NCBI GenBank assembly: GCA_964016885.1
Contig: OZ024749.1
Coordinates: 12,400,001 to 12,464,000, forward strand
Direction: 5' to 3'
Length of the DNA stretch: 64,000 bases
DNA from: Eledone cirrhosa
Taxonomy: Eukaryota
A program made the position numbers and the translations under genes. Below are positions 1 to 10,632 of this stretch, one piece after another. How positions within the stretch are numbered: position 1 is the stretch's first letter; each line of letters opens with the position of its first letter. Under the pieces are notes generated by a model. That model saw only the letters and a program-made list of their open reading frames with translations, was not told the origin of the DNA and ran no database searches.

Positions 1-737
1 TTTTATAAGCATTTGAAAAATGTGGGAATAAATTATCATTATAGTAAAAACCCAGCTTGCTTTACTGAGAAGATTCCTTGGGGATATTTTATTTTTATCA
101 AAGCTATAAAATTGGACAGCTTCTTCTCACTTAGATTGCCTTCAAAATTTAATGAGTTACTCTGATGGTAATGTATACTTTTGAGTGGTTCTTTCTTTTT
201 TTTTAATCTAAAAGTTAACCAGTGTTATCATGTGATGCCCAAGATGGTTGTCTACTTTTAATGATGGAAATGGTAGCAGGTTTTATTGAAATTACATAGC
301 CACACATTCTGTCTTCCTATCTATTTTTATTTCGCAGTCATTAATTTTCTCTTTTTCTATTTCTTTAATATTCTTCATTTTGATCTGTTCCTAAATTGAT
401 AGATAAGCTATAGTACTGTGACATGTTAAAGGATAAAACCCTTCAATTAAAAATGGAAGGTTCTGAATTATACAAGCCAAAAGAAAGATGATCAAAGGTT
501 TATAAAATGATTTCAAAATATAATGTAGAAATCAAAACATGAAATTTCCCAGAAAATTTAAACTACACAATTTACATTGCCATTTTCTCATTGGAAATTC
601 AAAAAATGATCGGATCATCACAGGGAATCTCATACATTTAACAAATTAATACTAATGTAATTAATATGAATCTGATACTCTAGTATCAGATTCATGCTTT
701 CAATCTCTTATTTCTAATGAAATATACTGTCCATGAT

Positions 738-1070
738 ATTAACCCTTTCATTACCATATCCCTAATGAAAGACACTGTCTGTCTTTAACACTTTCATTAC
801 CATATTTCTAATGAAAGACACTGTCTATGTATTTAATCCTTTCATTACCATATTTCTAATGTAAGACACAGTCTATGCCATTAACCCTTTCATTACCATA
901 TTTCTAATGAAAGACACTGTCTATGTCATTAACCCTTTCATTACCATATTTCCAATGAAAGACACTGTCTATGTCATTAATCCTTTCATTACCATATTTC
1001 CAATGAAAGACACTGTCTATATCTTTACCCCTGACATTACCATATTTCTAATGAAAAACACTGTCTATGA
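738..1070. repeat. 48-bp tandem repeat (~7 units) made from the MITE terminus
   Basis: Unit TTAACCCTTTCATTACCATATTTCTAATGAAAGACACTGTCTATGTCA repeated head to tail. Confidence 0.9.
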
Positions 1071-1280
1071 TTTTCAAATAATTTTGAAAATAATCAAGAA
1101 TTTTGAGAGATTTAGTAATATAACAAAATTTCTCATTTTCTAGTATTTGGAGCATAATTTAGCAACAGTTTGTATGTAAAATTATAATGGTGGGTTTTTA
1201 GATTAATACAAACATTTCATAATAAACAGCTATATGTTATAAAACCAGGAGCATTTTCTGGCAGTTTAGTATAAAAAGGG
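742..1280 (+). mobile_element. piggyBac-type (TTAA) MITE family A with tandemly amplified left end
   Basis: Starts TTAA|CCCTTTCATTACC and ends AAAAAGGGG|TTAA. Related copies at ~6600-6839, 14269-14470, 43130-43354, 46950-47025(-), 50729-51142, 57310-57530(-), 58120-58225(-) and 59090-59250. Confidence 0.7.
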
Positions 1281-1543
1281 GTTAAAACAGTGGTTCCCAA
1301 ACTTTTTTTCTCTGGGCTACAGTTTGGGAATGAGTTTTTATTGGCTATATGATCAGTAATTATGTGGAATAATGGCTTGTGGGTATGTGTGTGGGGTATG
1401 GGTGTGAGATTTGGTGGCATATATTTGTATAAATTTCATGAGTGTATAGCTTATAAAAAGGTATGTATGTACATGTGTATAATGCAAATAGTGGATGACT
1501 GAATGTAAATGAATTCTGTTTTATATCTTTATAAGTATATATT

Positions 1544-2106
1544 GTAGCAGAAAAACCACCCTTTGGGTGGTTCTCTGCTAGTATGTGTAGTGTGCATAGT
1601 GATATTATACACAATATAAACGTTATGATATAACGATGCAAATATATGATCGTTTATATAAGCGATGTGATATAGCGTATGTTATATCATAACCAGAAGT
1701 ATTGACATTTTAAAAGAAGTGAATCTTAAAATAAGCAATCATTAAATATAAGAATATTTATGTTTAATCAACATCTACGAAATTTAGATAAATTATGTAA
1801 TATTCATTCGTTATTTATTCAAAGTAATAAGGCGGTGAATTGGCAGTATCGGTAGAGGGTTGGACGCCATGCTTTGAAGCATAGTTACCTCCCTTTATAA
1901 TCTGAGTTCAAATCCCGCTGAGGTTAACTTTGCCTTTCATCCTTACGGGGTCGATAAAATAAAGTACCAGTAATGCACTGGGTAATTGCTGGCCTTGCGC
2001 CAAAAGTAGAAACAATTATTTATTCGAAGTAATCCAACTTATTTTACTAACGGGATAAACAAATATATTCGGACAGTCCCGCACTTCTCCCTTTATTATA
2101 TTATGA
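1544..2106 (-). mobile_element. Non-autonomous Helitron, interrupted by a SINE
   Basis: Reverse complement matches 42165-42633: 5' A|TCATAATATAATAAAGG and 3' hairpin GCAGAGAACCACCC..GGGTGGTTTTTCTGC. The terminal CTAG has decayed to CTAC. Confidence 0.7.
1829..2015 (+). mobile_element. tRNA-derived SINE (family 1, Meta-domain-like core)
   Basis: A-box-like TGGCAGTATCGG, B-box GAGTTCAAATCC and core GCCTTTCATCCTTACGGGGTCGATAAA. 18-bp TSD TTATTTATTC(A/G)AAGTAAT at 1811-1828 and 2016-2033. Confidence 0.9.
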
Positions 2107-2321
2107 TAATTTATTCTTTAAAGACAGTTAATTATGCAAGTTAGAAAAATATTCAGAAGAGAACGAAGATGAAAATCAGTTGTGTCATGACTGGAAGTGT
2201 AATAGGGAAATGGTGGCAATACTTTGGGGGAAGTGATACCTCTGGTTTACTGCATTTAATAAAACAATGGGGTGGAGGAAAACTCAATAACTACCTTGGT
2301 CAGTAGTTGTAGCATTATTTT

Positions 2322-2573
2322 AAATTTGAAAATGCAAGAGTCCCAAATACATAATGACTGTAAAAACAGTTGAGAAAATCAGATAAAATATCCAGTGACA
2401 GAAAGAACAGTATTCTAGAGATGTGGAGATCGATTCCTTGCTGATGTTTCTGTTCACATTTGTTTCCCATCTGTGGGAGTTATTTTACCTGATTTTTCTC
2501 AACTATTATTTATATTGATCAACTGTTCTTATAGTTATTCTGTACATTTGGGACGCTCACATCTTCAGATTTC
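2322..2573. repeat. Old degenerate inverted repeat (fold-back or MITE remnant)
   Basis: GTCCCAAAT..CAGTTGAGAAAATCAG is mirrored by CTGATTTTTCTCAACT..ATTTGGGAC. Confidence 0.5.
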
Positions 2574-2671
2574 AAACTCTCTCAACTCTCTATAAATCAT
2601 AAAGTTTGATTATTTTAAATGTTTGGCTGATGAAAGGTAACACCAATACACTATTATCTGATAATCTAGCA

Positions 2672-2842
2672 TTATAGGGTCGGACGCCATACTTTGCAGC
2701 ATAGAGTTACGGCCCTTTATGGTCTGAGTACAAATCCCGCTAAGGTTAACTTTGTCTTTCATCCTTACGGGGTTGATAAAATAAAGTACCAGTGATACAC
2801 TGGGATAATTGCTGGCCTTGTGCCAAAAGTAGAAACAATTAT
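2672..2842 (+). mobile_element. SINE family 1, slightly 5'-truncated
   Basis: Same body and CCAAAAGTAGAAACAATTA tail as 1829-2015. Confidence 0.88.
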
Positions 2843-3735
2843 TGTCATAGACATATTTGAAACAGAAAACCATTCAAGGGAATTCCACCGTTGTTCAACT
2901 TAAAAGCTCGCCTGCTGTTACATTTTGGAAAATTCCCATAAATTTTCAAACAAATTATTAATTGTTGTTTTAAATTAATACATTCCAAGCAAAATGGATT
3001 GGAAGAATAATGGAATCTGGCCTAAGACAAACATGAATAAGATATTTACTTGCTCTAGTTTTTATATTAATGGACACAAGTGTCTACATATGATGGTGGT
3101 GGTGGGGAGTGGATGTTGATTGTGGTGGTGGCAGTTGTAGTGGTAGTTATGGCATCAGTAGCAGTGGCAGTGGTGGTGGTGGCAGTTGTAGTGGCATCAG
3201 TAGCAGTGGTGGTGGGAGGGGTGACAAATTAGTATTTGGTGTTTGCTAAACTATATCATATTGCCTTACAACTCCATCATTATCTTTTAATTATAACGAT
3301 GCTATTATATTCTATTTTTGATATAGGTTTCTTTCAATCAATTTTTATTTCTGAACATCAGAACTCTATTATAACCTTTATTTAAAATACAATATCTGTT
3401 CTATAATTATGAAGCTTATATTTGAAACAACTTAACTTTATAATAACTTATTTCAGATATGTTCTCAGCAGTATTACAAGTTCAACTGTCACCATAGAAT
3501 GGAGTAAATGGCAGAGCACCAACACAATTACAGCACCATATATATATCTTTAGGTTTGTTGGTTCACCACTGGATAGAATTCCGTATGGTCAATCTTGGT
3601 GTAATATTGTGGAGAGTACTCAACGTAGTGCAGTTCACCCGTCTTCGTTTGTGTAGTTGGTGGTGCGAATACGGAGTTAATTATCAAGAAAAATAACAGG
3701 AGGCTGGACTGGTGTAAATCCTTGAAAGGTTTATT

Positions 3736-3793
3736 ATACTATGATCATTTCAATATCCGGGTTCCATATGAATCCGGTGATTTCATCAGGTAT
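3736..3793 (-). ncRNA. Minimal type I hammerhead ribozyme motif
   Basis: Minus strand reads ATAC-CTGATGA-[AATCACCGGATTC ATATG GAACCCGGATATT]-GAAA-TGATCA-TA-GTAT. It has an intact core, stem I ATAC/GTAT, a palindromic stem III and an AUA cleavage triplet. Confidence 0.8.
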
Positions 3794-3929
3794 TTGAAAT
3801 ATAACAAAGGAATATTTTTCGGACCCTGGTTTTTACATATTCCTTTGTTATATTTCGAATACCTGATGAAACCATAGTATAATAAACCTTTCAAGGATTT
3901 ACACCAGTCCAGCCTCCTGTTATTGTTAT

Positions 3930-4002
<73 letters not shown>

Positions 4003-4180
4003 AAAAAGTTTAACCCCGACGGCAGAGCTCAAGCCGTTTCGACGGCTATTTCTGGAGTCCAGAAACGGCTTGAGCTCTGCCGTCAGAGTTAAACTTTTTC
4101 CTATTACCCACTCTACTACCCTAAGTTTTGAGTACTCTGGTGCATTATGGTTCATCTGGTTCCTTACCACACCTCCTTCG

Positions 4181-4274
<94 letters not shown>

Positions 4275-4330
4275 ATTTAAAACTGCACTATCAACAAGTG
4301 TTTTTTTAGCCTTCATATCATGTTCTCCTG

Positions 4331-4397
4331 TTTTATCTGATGAAAACACAAATATTATTGTTTGATGATGTTTGTCTTTGAAATGCACATAATAAAA
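4331..4397 (+). ncRNA. Minimal type I hammerhead ribozyme motif
   Basis: TTTTAT-CTGATGA-[AAACACAAATATTATT..GATGATGTTTGTCTTT]-GAAA-TGCACA-TA-ATAAAA. Confidence 0.7.
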
Positions 4398-4429
4398 TAT
4401 ATTGAACTCCTTTAACCATCTTTTGATCT

Positions 4430-4479
<50 letters not shown>

Positions 4480-4995
4480 TTATGGTAAACATTGATGCAA
4501 TTCAATTCAAGAACTCTATGGACTTTTTCCACATAGGAATGACGGAGTATATTTAGAATAAGAAAATGCGAAGTAGTTTTAGATGTTGAACTGAATTGCA
4601 TCAATGTTTACCGTAAGTGTGTGTGTGTGTATATATATATGGTGCTATAATTGTGTTGGTGCTCTGCCATTTACTCCATTCTACAGTGACAGTTCAACTT
4701 GTAATACTGCTGAAAACATATCTGAAATAAGTTATTATAAAGCAAAGCTGTTTCAAATATAAACTTCATAATAATAGAACAGATATATAAATATATATAT
4801 TTTCCCCATAGCTGGGGTTGGTCAAAAGTAACCCAGTGACGTCCAGCAGGCACCAGGTAATTACCTCCCTTAGCGAGTTATATCCCTTTCACCGGCAGCA
4901 ATGAGTTTACTATCTTAGAACAGAATGCATGGGGATGTGATGTTGTGATATTCTCTCAACGATTTGTAATTAAGGACCTAGCTATTGGAATTTCC

Positions 4996-5030
4996 GCTTC
5001 CGATGAGCCCTTCTGGGCGAAACAATGAGC
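4996..5030 (+). ncRNA. Degenerate hammerhead motif
   Basis: GCTT-CCGATGA-GCCC TTCT GGGC-GAAA-CAA-TG-AGC. Stem II is perfect, but the core has a U4C change and there is no NUH triplet. Confidence 0.45.
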
Positions 5031-5257
5031 TATATAAAGAAATGTTTTAACGGCTTGTAACTCTTTCATTCACTCATTCATTTGCTTATTCCAGCTCTGA
5101 TTAAACCTTACGCAAAACATTAACCTTCTCTAATATTTAACCCTGCTAACCCAAGCATCGAGCACACTACACTTCGGCTATTGGTGTTCTGTATCACCCC
5201 TCTTTGTATCCCTCCGCTTCATCCTCTCCTACGATACTTTAACCCTATTATTATATA

Positions 5258-5451
5258 TAGGGTGATGGATTGGCAGTATCGGTAGAGGGTCGGACGCCAT
5301 GCTTTGCAGCAAAGAGTTACGGCCCTTTATGGTCTGAGTTCAAATCCTGCCGAGGTTCACTTTGCCTTTCATCCTTACTGGATCGATAAAATAAAGTACC
5401 AGTAATACACTGAGATAATTGCTGGCCTTGTGCCAAAAGTAGAAACAATTA
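5258..5451 (+). mobile_element. SINE family 1
   Basis: Full-length match to 1829-2015. Confidence 0.9.
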
Positions 5452-5460
5452 TATATATAT

Positions 5461-5797
5461 ATCATCATCATCATCATTTGACGTCCGCTTTTCTCTGCTT
5501 GCAAGGGTGGGACGGGAACTGATTCTGGCTTGATTTCTACAGCTGGATGCCCTTCCTAACACCAACCTCATTTACAGTGAGTGCTGGGTGCTTTTTTGCC
5601 GTGGCACCTCCACGACCACTTTGCAGTGGAATGATAGGGACCCCAGTCCCTATCATCTCATTTCTACAGCTGAGTAAACTGGAGCAATGGGAAATAAAGT
5701 GTCTTGCTCAAGGAAACAACACATCACCCGGTCTGAGAATTGAACTCACAACCTTTTGATTGCAAGGCCAATGCTCTAACCACTAAGCCCTGTGCCT

Positions 5798-5800
<3 letters not shown>
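5461..5800 (-). mobile_element. tRNA-derived SINE family 2 with RTE-derived 3' tail
   Basis: Minus-strand head GGCTTAGTGGTTAGAGC..GAGTTCAATTC and TTCCTTGAGCAAGACACTT core. The tail matches the 3' end of the RTE at 47311-47362 and ends in (TGA)n. Near-identical to 63122-63457. Confidence 0.85.
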
Positions 5801-5857
<57 letters not shown>

Positions 5858-6019
5858 CTAGTTAGTGAGGGAAGGGGCAGTGCCCATGCTCTTTTTTAGG
5901 ATCTCTGATACTAGTGGGAAAAAGGAAGGGAGGGGAAGGTATTCTCAAACTGGAGACCTGACCAAAATATTTGCAACAGAATGACCACCCAAGGATCAGG
6001 TGGTATTAAACATGACAAC

Positions 6020-6420
6020 AAATTTAGGCACAAAGCCAGCAAACATGTGCGACAGACAAAGTTGATTAAATCAACCCCAGGACATGACTAGTACTATATT
6101 ATGTTGACCTCAGTGGCATTTTATCCATGCTCTACCAATTCTGTCAATCTATCGCCCTTTATTTTATTGAATTTAATGGATGAGAGGCAAAGGTGACCTC
6201 ATCTGGATTTGAACTGACGACACAGACAGCTGAAATAAATGCTACATGACATTTTGTCCTATACTCTGATGACTTTGCCACCAATTTGCTGCTTTATCGT
6301 GGATTACTTTGTTTTGAGTTCAAATTCTCATGTGGTTCAACTTTAATATTTTTTCTTATATAAAATAAAATAAGTACCATTAATATACTGTTACTAATTC
6401 AGTTAACTCTTCTCCTACAA
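6020..6420. mobile_element. Degenerate SINE family 1 fragments in both orientations
   Basis: TTAGGCACAAAGCCAGCAA and GATGAGAGGCAAAGGTGACCTC (minus orientation); GAGTTCAAAT..TAAGTACCA (plus orientation). Confidence 0.55.
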
Positions 6421-7548
6421 ATGTGATGAATCAATATTACATGTTTAATTACTAAATAAAAAAAAAAATTGATGTATTATTGAATTTCAATAATGCAACA
6501 AGAAACTAAACAGCTTCCCCAAACACACTGAATACCATTTCACTGAAACCTCCATCTAGTTTTCCAATTAATCACCAGCTGTCAACCACTGAAATTGAAA
6601 CAAATTAACAATTTCATGATCATATTTCTAATAAAATACAATCTATTTCAATTAATTAGTGTAGAAGTTTGAGGAATTTACTAAAACTATTAGTTATCTC
6701 ATTACTAAGATGGTGACTTGAAATATGGTTCTTATTTAAATTATGTTGGAAGATTCTAATTTAAATAGGCATCATTTAGAATAGATAGTTTTGTTTCATA
6801 GAACCAGAAGTGGTTTTGGCCAGGTTAGAAGCAAAAGGGTTAATATTATCCAATTATTTCTATAATTCCCATCCCAGGGATATTCAATAAGGTTTTGAGA
6901 ATTGTCTCTATCACCCAAAACTAAAGAAAAAAAAAAAAAATGAAAACAAGGTTATATTTGAAATTTATTTGAAGTGACATAGTATAGAAAAATGTTTAAA
7001 TAGAGTTTATTTAAGTGCAAAGTTTGCAAACCATTGAAGTGTAAAACTTAGTTAGATTATTGGAAACCGAAACAGAAAATGTAAAAATTATTTCTATCCA
7101 GTTATATTAGATTTAGTAATTTGAAAGGGAAAAATCACCAGTTTTATGAGAGCATTAAATCTTAGATCAAAGAATTTAGATATTCTATTTAACACAGATT
7201 CTTAACGCCTTCACTTTAATTTACTGGATTTAAAAAAATTTATTTTACTAGATTTTTTTTGTTTCACAGGCAAATATATTTTCTATTTTACTCCTTTATG
7301 CTTTTACTGACTTCAGTCATTAGATTGCTGCCATACTGGAGCACTGAGTTGAAGCATTTAGTTGATTATATCAAACACATTATTATTTTCAAATCTGATA
7401 CTTATTTTATCCATCAAACTGCTAAGATGCAACGCACACACACGTGGGCACACACAAACATGAAAAATAAATGGATAAACAACTCAGCAAAACGATACAG
7501 TACAATAAAGATATATATTAGGTTAACGCTTGAAATAACAGAAAAAGA

Positions 7549-7590
7549 GTTTTAACGTTTCAGATATTAGTCCTTCATCAGAAGATAGAA
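7549..7590 (-). ncRNA. Degenerate hammerhead motif
   Basis: Minus strand reads TCTT-CTGATGA-AGGACTAATATCT-GAAA-CG-TT-AAAAC. The core is intact but the stems are weakened. Confidence 0.5.
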
Positions 7591-7894
7591 TGAGAAATAA
7601 AAGAAATAAAAAGATAGACTAGAACAAAAAGAGAAAGTAACGGAATACAATTTTGTTGGAGAAGAAGCAGGTGTGTGTTTAGTGAGCCATTCTTGGGGAA
7701 TATGACATATGTTCAATAAGTAATGAGAACATTCCAATTAGAATACTAGTTCATGGTGGTGTAGACTTATATATAATGTATAAAGTGACTAACTGGCAAC
7801 TTGCTATCTGTCTAGGCTGGAGCACAGCAGCTGTGTATGTGGTAGAACCAATGTAATCCGATTCACTGATCTGTCAGCATGTGACAAGATGTAA

Positions 7895-8830
7895 GGAAAC
7901 ATGGAGCCATCAAATTTTGTGTTAAACTTAAGAAAACCTAACAAGAAGCCTATGGAATGTTAGGAGGTCTATGAATTGATGAGCAAAGCAAGTTTCTATA
8001 GTTGGTTTAAACATTTTTCTGAAAATGAACAGGCTGAGGATGAATGCAGATCTGGAGCACTGAACAGTGCACAAAAGGGGGAAAACATTGAGGAAGTGTG
8101 AGGGTTAGTGATATGACAGTCAAGCTAGTGTGAGAATGATATCAGAAGCTGTTGGTATAAATATTGGCACAGTGGAGACAATTCCGACCAAAGATCTGGA
8201 GCTCCACAAAGTCTGTGCCTAGTTACTTCCAAAGATCTTTGATGACCAGAAGCAGTTTTGTATGGAATGTTACAGACATTCTCGATATGATAGAGGCTGA
8301 TTCTGGTTTCCTGAATAACGTACTGACTTCTGACAAGAGATGGGTATTCACATATGACCCTGAGAGAAAATGTCAGAGTGCTCAGTGGAAGCATGTGTCT
8401 TCTCCTAGGCCCAAGAAGACAAATATGAAGAGATCACAAGAGAAGACTATGGTCATTCCTTTCTTCAACTCCCAGGGACTGATTCTCATTGAATGGGTTC
8501 CTGAGGGCCAAACTGTCAAATATGTTCTTAAGAGGATCAGGGAGAGAATGAGGAAGAAGCACAACAATGGAGAGTGGTGATTCCACCAGGACAATGCCAC
8601 AAGTCAATGTTGGTGACCACCTGGATGATCAATAGGGGAATGAAAGTGGTACAACACCCCTCCTACAACCCAGGCTTGGCTCCTTGTGACTTCTTCCTCT
8701 TCCTACACATGAAACACAGCCTCTGGGGAACCAGATTTGAGTCAACATAGGAGCTGAATGAGGCATCAGCGAATTTGCTGATGGGATTTCAGAAAAATGA
8801 CTAGGAGGAGGTCTTCCATGAGTGGAGAAG
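7895..8830 (+). pseudogene. Mariner transposase pseudogene
   Basis: Motifs AIKFCVKL, LTSDKRWVFTYDPERKCQSAQW..SPRPKK, HQDNA and YNPGLAPCDFFLF, interrupted by frameshifts and stops. Confidence 0.9.
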
Positions 8831-8962
8831 GACTGGGAAGAGGTGTTCTTGGGGTGGGGAAGTAGGGCTGGGATGAGGTGTTCTAGGGGTGGGAAAGTAG
8901 GGCTGGGATGAGGTGTTCTAGGGGTGGGGAAGAAGGATTGGGAGGAGGTTTTCCAAGGGTAG
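8800..8962. repeat. 35-bp G-rich tandem repeat inside the mariner
   Basis: GAGGTGTTCTAGGGGTGGG(G/A)AAGTAGGGCTGGGAT, about 4 units. Confidence 0.8.
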
Positions 8963-9516
8963 GTGTCTGCACAAGTGTGTAGATGGGAAAAGTTATTATT
9001 TTGGAGGAGACAGTTTTGTAAGCTTATGAAATTTTCTCATTACTTATTGAACATACTTTGTATATGATAAGATTTGGAACATTTTCTGAAACTCTACTCT
9101 CAAGTCATTTATCAACCCTAGGATTTAGTGGAAGTCACTTGTCCAAAGTGCCACACAGTGGGACAGAAGCTGAAAACATTTGTATTGAAAAGATATTAAG
9201 TATTTCAAGACCTTCTAATGGAAACTCTTTTAGTGATGTTACAACAATTTTATTGAATTTTTAACTAAATAAAAATAGCTTTTCTTTAAGAGAGCCCATC
9301 ACACAAAGAAAAAATAAAATCAATTGTCATATTTTATACTTTATACATTTTTTAAAATTATTCTGCTATTTTTTCCATTTTTCTTTGTCATAAAATTTAA
9401 AATTTATCGAAATTTAGTCAAGATATGAATTATTCTAATGATGTACATTTAATATCTGGTTGTACAACTTATGTTACTGTTTGACATCATTTTAATTGCT
9501 TATCATTTTGAAGATT

Positions 9517-10632
9517 GGTTTTGAAATTTCTCCACTGTCTCAATGTCCTCAGTTTGCTCAGGGAGTTCTCTGAATTTGGATGCAATAGTATCTACATATG
9601 TGGTCCTGACATCCTTATACACCAATGCTTCCCACTTTATCCTGTAGGTCACCCTGGAACTGCCAGTTTTGTGGGCTTCTTTGGCTTTAGGTAGTCTCAA
9701 GTTTCAGTTAACTAGATGCTGATCAGTTGAGATCTCATCTCCTCTCTTCACCCTTTAGCATTTAAACTGGCCATATCTGTCCAGAATTCTCTCACCTCTT
9801 TCTGTTCAAACTGGCCATAACTGGCCACTCTTACTGGTGTTAAGGTATTGTTCTCAATATAAATAAATAATATCAAAATCTCATAGATTCGATATTATGT
9901 GAGATATTATGTGTGATAAAGACTTTACCGTGAAAATACAATAGTATATATAGAGTAATGTAAATGCTAAAGGGTTAACACAAACATCCCACACAGAATA
10001 AAAAAGATCAGAGACAATTACAAAATCAATTATTGATTTCTGTCCCTGATTCCTCTTACACCATGTGATTTTATGGATGTTTCTGTGCTGGAAGATGTTC
10101 ATAATAGAGAGTCCATTGCTAGAACAGAAGTCTAGAAAGGCCTCTCTGTTTGTATTTAGATCAGGGTCACCATTCCTTCCAATCACTCCTTTCCATGTAA
10201 GGGGTTCAGTGCCAACATGTGCATTGAAGTCTCCCATCAGGATATATGACTGTCTTAACTACATCTAACACTGCAGTGACTTCATCAAGGAAGGACCTGT
10301 ATTCAGACTCCTTGTTTGGTGCATAAACTTGCACCACCCACAGAGACCTATCTTTCAGCCTAAGCTTGAAAAGGCAAATCCTCCCTCCTAATGGGATCCA
10401 GTCCATAACACATTCTGACAGCCAGGGGCTTGTGAATATCCCACTCCTGCCTATGCAGCCATTTCTGGCTCCATAGTGGAGTTTCCATCCTCCATCCAAA
10501 TCTACAGCATCCGAGCCACAGAACTTTGTTGAGGAGATCCTAACTGTATCTAGCCGATAGCGTCTAGCCGCCTCCACTAGTTCCTGCTTCTTACCTTTAA
10601 GGGTTGTTATGTTCCAGGTTCCAACCGGACCA
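9517..10632 (-). pseudogene. RTE LINE AP-endonuclease half, inverted relative to the RT half
   Basis: GTWNITTL, VQVYAPN, GDFNAHVG, SIIDFVIVS, STDQHLV. Confidence 0.88.
9751..9974 (+). mobile_element. piggyBac-type MITE family B (224 bp) inserted in the LINE
   Basis: Perfect 14-bp TIR CCCTTTAGCATTTA/TAAATGCTAAAGGG, flanked by TTCA (left) and TTAA (right). Confidence 0.9.

Larger units (their letters stand above)
3392..4786. repeat. ~155-bp outer inverted repeat enclosing four modules separated by (TA)n
   Basis: 3392-3547 is the reverse complement of 4633-4786. Internal IRs at 3692-3743/3872-3923, 3781-3815/3837-3871, 3999-4040/4062-4103 and 4477-4510/4586-4619. (TA)n tracts at 3932-4000, 4183-4270 and 4436-4478. 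Confidence 0.9.
7703..9060 (+). mobile_element. Mariner (DD34D-type) transposon, full length, decayed
   Basis: TIR TATGTTCAATAAGTAATGAGAA at both ends, with TA at 7701-7702 and 9061-9062. About 1.36 kb. Confidence 0.9.

Noticed and set aside
666-695. 14-bp perfect hairpin ATGAATCTGATACT/AGTATCAGATTCAT
   Set aside because: Isolated, with no ribozyme core or element boundaries found, so no function can be supported.
1289-1335. hAT-like CAGTGGTTCCCAAAC..GTTTGGGAA mini-element
   Set aside because: Too short, the right TIR is incomplete and no 8-bp TSD is visible.
1829-1925. tRNA genes at SINE heads
   Set aside because: A and B boxes are present, but there is no complete cloverleaf and they continue into SINE bodies.
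3439-3478. CTGCTGA..GAAA motif in the outer inverted-repeat arms
   Set aside because: The core has A6C, stem II is weak and the cleavage triplet is out of register, so it is not called as a hammerhead.
3745-4388. ORFs with (YI)n runs
   Set aside because: Translations of (TA)n microsatellites.
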